46,152 nt of DNA from Deltaproteobacteria bacterium (GTDB taxonomy: Bacteria > Myxococcota_A > UBA9042 > DTJE01), in the NCBI GenBank assembly GCA_016784945.1, contig JADHTP010000002.1:1-46152 (forward strand). The letters are read 5' to 3'. The notes under the pieces are model-generated. The model was not told where the DNA came from. It saw only the letters and a program-made list of their open reading frames with translations, and searched no databases. The first letter of the stretch is position 1; each line of letters opens with the position of its first letter. The translations under genes were made by a program, and so were the position numbers. Positions 17,229 to 24,793 of this stretch are shown one piece after another.

Positions 17229-17230
17229 AA

Positions 17231-18742
17231 TCATGCGGTCTTCCGGGTGGCGAACAACAGTCCAGCCAGCAGGAGGCCGGTCAGGGTATAGGCCCCGGCC
17301 AGTTCCCAGGGCCGCGCGTCCCAGGCGCCGGGCAGGTAGAGGGCGCCGCTCGGGTCCACGGAATGGACCACGCCGAACAGGCTGAACAGGGCGAGCACTG
17401 TGAAAGTCACCACCAGGGCGCCCGCCCGGCGGTCCACGAGGAAGGCGAGGGCGGCGCCCCAGAGCATGGCCGTCAGGATGAATCCCTTGCCCAGCAGTCC
17501 GATGGTCGCGATCTGGGCGGCCAGCAGGGGGTCGGGTTGCGCCCCGGCCGCCATCAACTGGCCCGTGTAGATGGACACGAGGTAGGCCAGTACGGGAATC
17601 ATGGAAAAGGCCAGGGCCGAGATGTGCTTTCGTTCCGTGGCAGCAAAGGCCTGCACCGTGATCTCCAGGCCCACGAACAGGAGGATGGGCGCCACCACCA
17701 CCTCCGGCAACAGGTGCACGAGGGCCCCCAGCAGGCCCAGCATGCCGCCCAGACCCACCACTAGGCCCGTGGCCAGGGTATAACCGGACCGGGCGCCCAT
17801 GGCCTTGTAGGCCGGGTGTCCGATGTAGGGGGTGGACTGGGCCACGCCACCGAAGAGACCCGCCAGCAGTGTGGCCCCGGCCTCCACGAGAAGCACGTCC
17901 CGGGTGCGGTAGTCGTCCCCGGCCACCCGGGCCGACTCGGTGACGTTGATGCCGCCCACCACGGTGAGCAGGCCGAAGGGGATGGCGATGGGCAGGTAGT
18001 CGAGGGCGCCGGGCAGGCCCCGGAGCACTCGCTCGAACTCGGGCAGGGGCAGGTTGAGGCCCACGGTCAGGGCGGCTTCCCCGGCGGACGGTGCGTACAG
18101 GCCCAGCGCCCGGGTGACCCAGAACATGATGAGGCCGCAGACCACGGCGGCCAGGGCACCGGGGAATCGACCGGGCAGTGCGTGTTTGGCCACCAGGGCG
18201 AACAGGACAAGGCCGGTTGCGGTCAGGCCCACCACCGGGACCGAAAAGACCTTGAGCATGGGAAACAGGCCCAGCAGGGCCACGCCGAGCCCGGCCAGGG
18301 GACCCAGCAGTCCGGCGCGGGGGATCCACCGGAGCACGGCGTCACCGGCAAAGGACAGCACCAGCTTGGCCACACCCATGAGGACCAGGGTGGCCATGCC
18401 CACTTCCCAGGCGGTGTAGGGGTCGCCCGAGGCCAGGTAGGCCGGCCCCAGCACGGCGATGGCGATGCCGATGGTGGAGGGTGTGTCCAGGCCCAGGGGC
18501 ATTGCCGTGGCGTTGCGGCCCTTGCGCAGGGCCATCCAGGAGTAGGCCAGGTCCCCCACCAGTACGCCCAGGGCGGTGCCGGGCACCATGCGGGTCAGCA
18601 CGAAGTCGGCAGGGAACCCGAACACGGCGGTCAGGATCGCCGCCATCATCACCAGGTTGACCACGTTGTCGATGGCCAGGGCGAAGAAGGCGTTGATGTC
18701 GCCGAGGGAGAACAGGTGGGATGGTCTATGGTTCATGGTCAT
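17231..18742 (-). CDS. Polytopic permease, probably of the NCS2/AzgA-like nucleobase (xanthine/uracil) permease superfamily
   Basis: The 503-aa protein is hydrophobic throughout. The segment GINVTESARVAGDDYRTRDVLLVEAGATLLAGLFGGVAQSTPYIGHPAYKAMGARSGYT resembles the conserved AzgA/COG2252 core as I recall it. Confidence 0.6.
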   Translation of the reverse strand: MTMNHRPSHLFSLGDINAFFALAIDNVVNLVMMAAILTAVFGFPADFVLTRMVPGTALGVLVGDLAYSWMALRKGRNATAMPLGLDTPSTIGIAIAVLGPAYLASGDPYTAWEVGMATLVLMGVAKLVLSFAGDAVLRWIPRAGLLGPLAGLGVALLGLFPMLKVFSVPVVGLTATGLVLFALVAKHALPGRFPGALAAVVCGLIMFWVTRALGLYAPSAGEAALTVGLNLPLPEFERVLRGLPGALDYLPIAIPFGLLTVVGGINVTESARVAGDDYRTRDVLLVEAGATLLAGLFGGVAQSTPYIGHPAYKAMGARSGYTLATGLVVGLGGMLGLLGALVHLLPEVVVAPILLFVGLEITVQAFAATERKHISALAFSMIPVLAYLVSIYTGQLMAAGAQPDPLLAAQIATIGLLGKGFILTAMLWGAALAFLVDRRAGALVVTFTVLALFSLFGVVHSVDPSGALYLPGAWDARPWELAGAYTLTGLLLAGLLFATRKTA

Positions 18743-18743
18743 G

Positions 18744-18792
18744 GGTCAATAGTCGATAGTCGATAGTCGATAGTCAATAGTCAATAGTCAAT
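18744..18792. repeat. Heptamer tandem array (7 units): GGTCAAT, (AGTCGAT)x3, (AGTCAAT)x3
   Basis: The array was read directly. It starts 2 nt upstream of the permease start codon. Confidence 0.95.
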
Positions 18793-18817
18793 AGGTCAGG
18801 GCGGGGCGGCAAATGGT

Positions 18818-19186
18818 TTATTTGCAGACAGCTTCAACAGATGTTCTTAGCCCGTAGAGCATTCGTTCGACTTCGTGGGAAACAGCCAGAAGAGGCGCAG
18901 CGGAATGATCGCTCATATATCCAAGGTCCTTGCTCAGAAGAATCAGGTACCTGCTTTCGGCCATCGATCCTTCTGCGATATTCAGAAAATGAGCGAAGTC
19001 CCGACGAGATTTCCTTTTTGCGCCCTCAGCAATGTTTGTGGGTACCGAGACAGCCGCTCTTCTTAGTTGAGAGGTGATGCCGAACCGTTCGTTGACTGGA
19101 AAAGCACGAGTGGCTTTGTAGATCCGCAACGTCAGTTCGTGGCTTCTCTGCCAGACTTGCAGATCCTCGAAACGTTGTCCGTTCAC
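18818..19186 (-). CDS. Four-helix-bundle protein (family of the 23S rRNA intervening-sequence protein, TIGR02436-like)
   Basis: FEDLQVWQRSHELTLRIYKATRAFPVNERFGITSQLRRAAVSVPTNIAEGAKRKSRRDFAHFLNIAEGSMAESRYLILLSKDLGY matches the family pattern (DL.vWq.a..l...iY..t..fP..e.ygL.sQlrRAavSi..NIAEG....s..ef..fl.iA.GS..E). The start is GTG at 19186. GC is about 45-50%, against more than 60% in the flanks. Confidence 0.85.
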   Translation of the reverse strand: MNGQRFEDLQVWQRSHELTLRIYKATRAFPVNERFGITSQLRRAAVSVPTNIAEGAKRKSRRDFAHFLNIAEGSMAESRYLILLSKDLGYMSDHSAAPLLAVSHEVERMLYGLRTSVEAVCK

Positions 19187-19200
19187 ACTGATACTTCGCT

Positions 19201-19235
19201 GTCGACTATTGACTATGAACTATTGACTATCGACT
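19201..19235. repeat. Heptamer tandem array (5 units), the reverse complement of the 18744-18792 array: GTCGACT ATTGACT ATGAACT ATTGACT ATCGACT
   Basis: ATTGACT is the reverse complement of AGTCAAT, and ATCGACT is the reverse complement of AGTCGAT. The array lies between the ssb stop (19241) and the four-helix-bundle gene start. Confidence 0.9.
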
Positions 19236-19240
19236 CTTCT

Positions 19241-19717
19241 CTAGAACGGCACATCGTCATCCGCGATGGCGGGCGGGGCGCCGGTATCGGTGCCCGCGGG
19301 TTCCACGAGGGAGGCTCCGCCGCCACCGCCGCCACCGCCGCCACCACCGCCACTGCCGCCGCCGTCGGACGGTCCCTGGCCACGTCCCGGGCCGCCCACG
19401 AACTGCACGTTCATGGCCACGATCTCCGTGGTGTAGCGCTTCTGGCCCTCGCGGTCTTCCCAGGTGCGGGTCTGGATGCGGCCTTCGATGAACACCGTGC
19501 GGCCCTTGCTGAGGTATTCCTTGCAGTGCTCCGCCTGCCGGCCCCACACCACGATCCGGTGCCACTCGGTCCGCTCCTGTCGGTTGCCCTGCTTGTCGTT
19601 CCACTGTTCGTTGGTGGCCACGTTGAAATTGGCCACGGATTGTCCGCTACCGGTGGTGGCCAACTCCGGGTCGCTGCCCAGGTTGCCCATGATGAAGGCC
19701 TTGTTGATGGACGCCAT
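19241..19717 (-). CDS. ssb: Single-stranded DNA-binding protein
   Basis: The OB-fold N terminus is [19 protein letters not shown]...[12 protein letters not shown]. It is followed by a Gly-rich linker and the acidic tip DDDVPF. Confidence 0.97.
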   Translation of the reverse strand: MASINKAFIMGNLGSDPELATTGSGQSVANFNVATNEQWNDKQGNRQERTEWHRIVVWGRQAEHCKEYLSKGRTVFIEGRIQTRTWEDREGQKRYTTEIVAMNVQFVGGPGRGQGPSDGGGSGGGGGGGGGGGGASLVEPAGTDTGAPPAIADDDVPF

Positions 19718-19749
19718 TGTCAGTCCTCCGTATCAAAAATCCCGTCACT

Positions 19750-19767
19750 CCGCCGGACAGCCGGCGG
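19750..19767 (-). terminator. GC hairpin between aspartate kinase and ssb (possible terminator or attenuator, with no adjacent U-tract)
   Basis: The hairpin is CCGCCGG-ACAG-CCGGCGG. It lies 9 nt after the ask stop. Confidence 0.3.
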
Positions 19768-19775
19768 CGAATGAT

Positions 19776-20990
19776 CTATCGGTCGCTATCCGAGTCTGTT
19801 TCGCTGCCGTTGACGCAGGTCGAGTGCAGGGCCCGAACCAGGCCGTCCACCTCGTCTCCGGGCACCAGCACCGTGACCGCGTTGGGCGTGGCCACCACGC
19901 CCAGGGGCCGGGCCAGTCCGGCCAGGCAATTCACCCAGTCACGACGGTCCGACACCGTGGACAGGGCATCACCTACCAGGGTCACCGTGCCCAGGTCCCG
20001 CACCAGGCGGGTTTCGCCCTCGAATCCTTCCAGTGCTTGGGTGAGCCTTTGCCCCACGTCAATTCCCTCGCGGTCCGAGTACACGAAAAGGTCCGCGCAC
20101 GAACCGCCGAACCCCGAACATACGTACAGGGGAGCGGGGTCGTCAAGGGACAGCAGGCGTTCCATGGCTCCGGTGCCGTCGGGCGGGGTCTGGACCTCCA
20201 GTGCCAGCACGTCCTGGCGGCTCGTGACCCCCGTGACGGCGCGTTCGTTGACGGGCGGGTTCGCCCGGACCACGGTCCCTACGGAACCGGGCTCGAAAGT
20301 GGATTTCGTGTACAAGGCGATGCCGGAGCGGCGGGCGAACTCCACGGCCTCGGCGTTCAAGACCCTGGCGCCGTGGCGGGCCAGGTTCAACATTTCGTCG
20401 TAGGTGACCTCGGACAGCTTCAGGGCATCCAGAACCACGCGAGGATCCGCCGTATGGACCGCCTCGATGTCCGAGTAGATCTCGCACTGCTGAGCGCCCA
20501 GAGCCGCCGCCAGGGCCACGGCCGTGGTGTCGCTGCCTCCCCGTCCCAGGGTGGTTATTTCGCGCTTGTAGCTGGTCCCCTGGAATCCGGCCACGATCAC
20601 CACCTTGCCGGCCTCCAGCTCGTCGGCCACCCGGAAGGGGCGCACCTCGATGATCCGGGCGTTGCTGTGACTGGCGCTGGTCATGATCCCGCACTGGGAA
20701 CCGGTAAACGAAATGGCGTCCACTCCCAGGGACTGGATGGCCATGCTCAAAAGGGCCGTGGTGATGCGTTCGCCCACGGTGAGAAGCATGTCCAGTTCAC
20801 GGGTGGAGGGGGACGGGTTGATCTCGGTGGCCATGGATAGGAGCGAGTCCGTGGTCTTGCCCATGGCCGAAACCACGGCCACCACGTCGTTGCCGGCTTT
20901 CCGGGTGTCCACGACCCGGCGTGCAACCAGCTTGATCCGGTCCGTGTCCGCAACAGAGGATCCGCCGAATTTCTGGACAATGACGGGCAT
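19776..20990 (-). CDS. lysC: Aspartate kinase
   Basis: The N-terminal sequence [23 protein letters not shown]...[10 protein letters not shown] is followed by C-terminal ACT-like repeats. I chose the ATG at 20990, which is preceded by AGGAG. The ORF track start at 21011 adds 7 codons. Confidence 0.95.
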   Translation of the reverse strand: MPVIVQKFGGSSVADTDRIKLVARRVVDTRKAGNDVVAVVSAMGKTTDSLLSMATEINPSPSTRELDMLLTVGERITTALLSMAIQSLGVDAISFTGSQCGIMTSASHSNARIIEVRPFRVADELEAGKVVIVAGFQGTSYKREITTLGRGGSDTTAVALAAALGAQQCEIYSDIEAVHTADPRVVLDALKLSEVTYDEMLNLARHGARVLNAEAVEFARRSGIALYTKSTFEPGSVGTVVRANPPVNERAVTGVTSRQDVLALEVQTPPDGTGAMERLLSLDDPAPLYVCSGFGGSCADLFVYSDREGIDVGQRLTQALEGFEGETRLVRDLGTVTLVGDALSTVSDRRDWVNCLAGLARPLGVVATPNAVTVLVPGDEVDGLVRALHSTCVNGSETDSDSDR

Positions 20991-21050
20991 GGACGCTCCT
21001 GCTTTCGGCATGGAATATAGCAGAGAAATCGTCCGCCGTCGCCGGATCGA

Positions 21051-21079
21051 TTGACACCCGGAAGGTGCCGGTCTACAAA
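21051..21079 (+). promoter_or_regulatory. Candidate sigma70 promoter for the GTPase operon
   Basis: The sequence is TTGACA (21051-21056), 17 nt, then TACAAA (21074-21079). It lies 30 nt upstream of ATG 21109. Confidence 0.4.
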
Positions 21080-21108
21080 CACCGGGGACACCGTCTTAAG
21101 AGCCTGCG

Positions 21109-22104
21109 ATGCCCGCGAACCTCACAGCCCAGTACCTGGAGGCCGAAAGGAGATTCCGCGCCGCGAAGACCCCCGAAGAGAAGAAATCCGCCCTCGAGGA
21201 CATGATCGCCAAGCTCCCGAAGCACAAGGGCACCGAAAAGATGTTCGCGGACCTTAAATCCCGGCTGGCCAGGCTGAAGCGTGGCGAGGACAGCAAGTCA
21301 GGGGGCGCCAGACGGAGCAGCGAGTACACCATTCCCATCGAAGGCGCGGGCCAGGTGATGATGCTTGGCGCCCCCAACGCCGGGAAGACGGCCCTACTGG
21401 GCGCCATGAGCAATGCAGAGGTGGAGGTCACGGACTACCCGTTTTCCACCCATCGCCCGGCACCGGGCATGATGAAATACGAGGACGTGCCCTTCCAGTT
21501 GGTGGACACGCCTTCCATGGATCCCGATTTCATGGACCAGTTCCTGCCGCCCCTGATCCGGTGCGCCGACGCCGCCGTCCTGGTGGTGGACCTGTCGAGT
21601 CCCGACTGCCTGGACCAGCCCGGCTGGATCCTGTCCGCCATGCAGAAGGCGAACATCGAGCTGATCCGCGGCCTGGCGTCCTCGACCCCGAAGCAATCCG
21701 TTCCGAAACAACTGCCCACGTTGATGGTGGGCGCCAAGGCGGACCATCCCGACGCGGACACGGCCATGGAACTGTTGGGCGAAGTGCTGGGCGACCGGTT
21801 CCCCGTGGTGACGGTCTCGGTGGACCGTCCGGACACCCTGGACGCATTCTCCCGGGCGGTCTTCGACCTTTTCGGGATCGTGCGGGCCTATTCCAAGAGG
21901 CCTGGCCAGGAGGCGGACCGGAAGGCCCCCTTCCTGCTGCCCGTGGGGAGCACCGTCATCGACTTTGCCGAAAAGGTCCACCGGTCCTTTGCGGCGCGGT
22001 TCTCCTTCGCCCGGGGATGGGGGAGCGGCAAGTTCGAGGGCCAGCGCCTGGGGCCCGGTGACGTGGTGGAGGATGGGGACGTGATCGAGTTGCACACGAA
22101 GTGA
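21109..22104 (+). CDS. DRG/OBG-class GTPase with a C-terminal TGS domain and degenerate G3/G4 motifs
   Basis: The N-terminal helix KHKGTEKMFADLKSRLARLKR resembles DRG KNKATE..LG.LKAKLAKLR. G1 is GAPNAGKT. G3 reads DTPS (not DxxG). G4 reads AKAD (not NKxD). The TGS-like end is GSTVIDFAEKVHRSF...GDVVEDGDVIELHTK. Confidence 0.8.
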   Translation: MPANLTAQYLEAERRFRAAKTPEEKKSALEDMIAKLPKHKGTEKMFADLKSRLARLKRGEDSKSGGARRSSEYTIPIEGAGQVMMLGAPNAGKTALLGAMSNAEVEVTDYPFSTHRPAPGMMKYEDVPFQLVDTPSMDPDFMDQFLPPLIRCADAAVLVVDLSSPDCLDQPGWILSAMQKANIELIRGLASSTPKQSVPKQLPTLMVGAKADHPDADTAMELLGEVLGDRFPVVTVSVDRPDTLDAFSRAVFDLFGIVRAYSKRPGQEADRKAPFLLPVGSTVIDFAEKVHRSFAARFSFARGWGSGKFEGQRLGPGDVVEDGDVIELHTK

Positions 22105-23723
22105 TGCGAAAGACCCCCTATACCAACCCGGCCACCATCGGGACGGATGCCGAGGCCTGGCTGTCCTGCCTGGACGGCTACCTCCGTCACCCCGGTCCCG
22201 GTGACATGGCGTGCCCGGCCCTGGTGGTGCTGGACATGCAGCGCTATTTCCTGGATCCCAAGGGCCCGGCGTACCTGCCGGCCTCTACGGCGGTCCTGGG
22301 TAACGTTTTACGACTGGTCTCGACATTCCGAGGCGCTGGACTGCCCGTGGTGTTCACCCGCCACATGGATGCCGCCGATGAACGGGGGCGGGCCATGGAG
22401 AGGTGGTGGGGCCGCCGCCTGGAAGAAGGTTCGCCCTGGGTCGGCCTGGCCGACGGGATCACCGTGGAGCCCGGCTGCCGCGTGGTGGACAAGGTGTCCT
22501 ATTCCGCCTTCCGCGACACGGACCTGGGTGCCTTCCTGGCCGAAGAAGGCGTCCGGACCGTGGTGCTGACGGGTGTCCAGACCCACCTGTGCGTTGAAAC
22601 AACGGCTCGTGACGCCTTCCAACGGGGATTCGAAACGCTGGTGACCGTGGACGGGACGGCGGCCCCGGACCTGGACCTGCACCTGGGGTCCCTGCGGGCC
22701 CTGGGCCAGGGATTCGCCCGCGTGGTCACCACATCCGCCGTGGAAGAGGCGCTTTCGGGCCATCCCCCTTCCACCGAACCTGTTCCCGCGAAGACAACCG
22801 TCCCCGACGAGACGGTCCTCGACGTACTGGTACTGGGGGGTGGCCCTGCCGGCATTGCCGCCGCCGGCCAGACCCATCGCCTGGGGCTGGTCACCCGGCT
22901 GGTGGAGCGCGGGCGTTCCGGCGGACTGGTGAACGCGGCCCTGCGGGTGGAAAACTATCCGGGTTTTCCCGGCGGAATCAGCGGATGGGACCTGGCCGGG
23001 CGTTTCAGGGCCCAGGCCGGGGCAGTGGGCGTGGACTGGTGCCGGGGCGATGTGTTGGGATTGGAGAAGGGGGAGGCCGGTTTCGATGTGTCTCTCGCCG
23101 ACGGCGTCATCTTGAAGGCCCGGGTGGTGGTGGTGGCCACGGGGACCGTGCCACGGCGTCTGGGCATTCCCGGTGAAGACACCCAATCAGGCGACCGCGT
23201 GTTCTACCGGGTGGATGACACTCCGGGAACATCGCGCAATAGAAAGGCAATAATTGTGGGCGGGGGTGATTGTGCCCTTGATCAGGCCTTGCAACTCTGG
23301 CATAGGGGTTACCACGCTTCGGTCCTCGTCCGTGGGCGACGACCCCGGGCCTTGACCCTTCTTTCGTCCCGCGCGGGCGAGGCAGGGATCGAGATCCGCA
23401 ACGGGACCGCCGTGGAGGACATCCGCGGGGATGGTGGTGAACTGGTCCTGGCCACCCGCGGGCCCGAAGGGACCGACGAGTCCCGGTGCGACCTGGTTCT
23501 CGTGGCCGTGGGAAGGGCGCCGTGCCTGCCCCCGATGAGCGATGTCCTGAAAGGGGCAGCGGCGGCGGGAGCGGACAGCGTGGGACGGACAGGTGTCCCG
23601 GGCCTCTACATGGCCGGAGACTGCCGACGGGGATGGATACGACAGACAGCGGTTGCGGTGGGTGACGGCGTGGCATCGGCAATGGATGCCTGGCGTTACC
23701 TGGAAACGGGGAAGTGGAAGTGA
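22104..23723 (+). CDS. Fusion protein: an isochorismatase-family cysteine hydrolase (N-terminal) joined to a thioredoxin-reductase-fold flavoprotein that lacks the CxxC motif (FNR-like, C-terminal)
   Basis: The N-terminal domain has VVLDMQ, DKVSYSAF and GVQTHLCVETTARDA, which form the D-K-C triad. The C-terminal domain has VLGGGPAGIAAA, IVGGGDCALDQA and GLYMAGDC. Where TrxR has CATCDG, this protein reads RVFYRVDD. The ATG overlaps the GTPase TGA by 1 nt (a GTG at 22101 is also possible). Confidence 0.85.
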   Translation: MRKTPYTNPATIGTDAEAWLSCLDGYLRHPGPGDMACPALVVLDMQRYFLDPKGPAYLPASTAVLGNVLRLVSTFRGAGLPVVFTRHMDAADERGRAMERWWGRRLEEGSPWVGLADGITVEPGCRVVDKVSYSAFRDTDLGAFLAEEGVRTVVLTGVQTHLCVETTARDAFQRGFETLVTVDGTAAPDLDLHLGSLRALGQGFARVVTTSAVEEALSGHPPSTEPVPAKTTVPDETVLDVLVLGGGPAGIAAAGQTHRLGLVTRLVERGRSGGLVNAALRVENYPGFPGGISGWDLAGRFRAQAGAVGVDWCRGDVLGLEKGEAGFDVSLADGVILKARVVVVATGTVPRRLGIPGEDTQSGDRVFYRVDDTPGTSRNRKAIIVGGGDCALDQALQLWHRGYHASVLVRGRRPRALTLLSSRAGEAGIEIRNGTAVEDIRGDGGELVLATRGPEGTDESRCDLVLVAVGRAPCLPPMSDVLKGAAAAGADSVGRTGVPGLYMAGDCRRGWIRQTAVAVGDGVASAMDAWRYLETGKWK

Positions 23724-24706
23724 CGATGGCTCAGGCCCAGGCGCTGCAGGCTCAATCAGGCGTCTTGCCGGCCCGCGTGATCTCGGTCACGGGCCGCGAC
23801 GAGGCGGCCCTCGTCCACGTGGCCGAGTTGCGAGGGGACCCGGCCCTGCGGGTGGAATACGTGGACGCGGTGGATCCCCGGTATCCAAGGTCTGAAAAAT
23901 GGGTCGCCATACTGTCCACCCAGTTCGGCTGCCCTGTGGGCTGCCTGATGTGCGAGGCCGGGGGCTGGTACCGGGGCAACCTGTCGGTGGACGAAATCCT
24001 GTGGCAGGTGGATTCGGTCGTTTTCGGCCGATACCCGGACGGTCGGGTGCCTTCCGGGAAATTCAAGGTCCAGTTTGCCCGCATGGGCGAGCCCTCCCTG
24101 AACCCGGCGGTCCTGCAGGCCCTGCGTGAACTGCGCACACGGTACGACGCGCCGGGCCTGATTCCCTGTGTTGCCACCACGGCCCCTTGTTCCGCGTCCC
24201 GCTGGTTCAGCGACCTGCGGGACCTGAAGCGGGAGTTGTATACCGGCGGCGCCTTTCAATTGCAGTTCTCCGTGAATTCCACCGATGAAGGGATTCGGGA
24301 CCGCGTCATGCCCGTGAAAAAATGGCGTATGGAAGACATTGCCCGCTATGGCGAAGACTTCTTCCTGGCGGGGGACCGCAAGGTGGTCCTGAACTTTGCC
24401 CTGGCAAAGGGATGGCCCCTGAGCGTGCCACGCCTGGCGGCCGTTTTCGACCCGGAACGCTTCATCGTCAAAATCACCCCCCTGAACCCCACTGACCGGG
24501 CCGCCGAGGAGGGCATGGCCACGGTGCTCTACACGGACAGAGAACACGCCTGCGATCGGGTGGTTGATGAACTGTCGGCCCGGGGGTTCGAAACCATCAT
24601 CAGCATCGGTTCCGACGAGGAGATGGCCATCCGCAGCAACTGTGGTCAGGCGGTGGCCGTTGGGAGGGCCGCACAGGGCTTCCAGGGCCGTCCGGAATCG
24701 CTCTGA
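23714..24706 (+). CDS. Radical SAM enzyme of the RlmN/Cfr family (atypical)
   Basis: The CX3CX2C motif sits in STQFGCPVGCLMCEAGGWYRGNLSVDEILWQV. The protein is collinear with RlmN blocks (MGEPSLN, QLQFSVNSTDEGIRDRVMPV, VKITPLNP, GFETIISIGSDEEMAIRSNCGQ). The GTG at 23714 overlaps the upstream gene by 10 nt. An alternative ATG at 23726 lies 3 nt after the upstream stop. Confidence 0.85.
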   Translation: MEVTMAQAQALQAQSGVLPARVISVTGRDEAALVHVAELRGDPALRVEYVDAVDPRYPRSEKWVAILSTQFGCPVGCLMCEAGGWYRGNLSVDEILWQVDSVVFGRYPDGRVPSGKFKVQFARMGEPSLNPAVLQALRELRTRYDAPGLIPCVATTAPCSASRWFSDLRDLKRELYTGGAFQLQFSVNSTDEGIRDRVMPVKKWRMEDIARYGEDFFLAGDRKVVLNFALAKGWPLSVPRLAAVFDPERFIVKITPLNPTDRAAEEGMATVLYTDREHACDRVVDELSARGFETIISIGSDEEMAIRSNCGQAVAVGRAAQGFQGRPESL

Positions 24707-24722
24707 TATCACCGCTTTATGC

Positions 24723-24751
24723 TTGAAACCAGCCGATCCTTCTGCTAACGT
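24723..24751 (+). promoter_or_regulatory. Weak candidate promoter upstream of the pseudokinase gene
   Basis: The sequence is TTGAAA, 17 nt, then TAACGT. Confidence 0.3.
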
Positions 24752-24793
24752 CGCTGCGTTCATTTTGACCTGACTTCCAAAGGGGCGTACAGC

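Noticed and set aside
17160-18329. A 389-aa minus-strand ORF in an alternative frame of the permease gene
   Set aside because: Its composition is Pro/Arg/Gly-rich. It overlaps the hydrophobic, motif-bearing permease frame, and its 3' end runs through the REP-like element.
18744-19235. Could the repeat arrays be a CRISPR array?
   Set aside because: The units are 7 bp, directly abutting with no spacers, and the two arrays are inverted copies flanking a gene. This is not CRISPR architecture.
20991-21108. A lysine riboswitch upstream of aspartate kinase
   Set aside because: Only about 118 bp is shared with a divergent promoter, and a TATATT -10-like box lies about 24 nt from the chosen start. 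This is too short for an L-box, and no conserved L-box segments were seen.
23582-23598. A 17-nt exact match (GGGACGGACAGGTGTCC) to hairpin 2 of REP copy A, with a similar ...CTACA tail, inside the flavoprotein CDS
   Set aside because: It encodes VGRTGVPGLYMAGD, which is the conserved TrxR-fold GD motif region. There is no left half, no hairpin 1 and no inverted terminus. It is probably chance or codon-driven similarity, although capture of a gene fragment by the repeat family cannot be excluded without genome-wide data.
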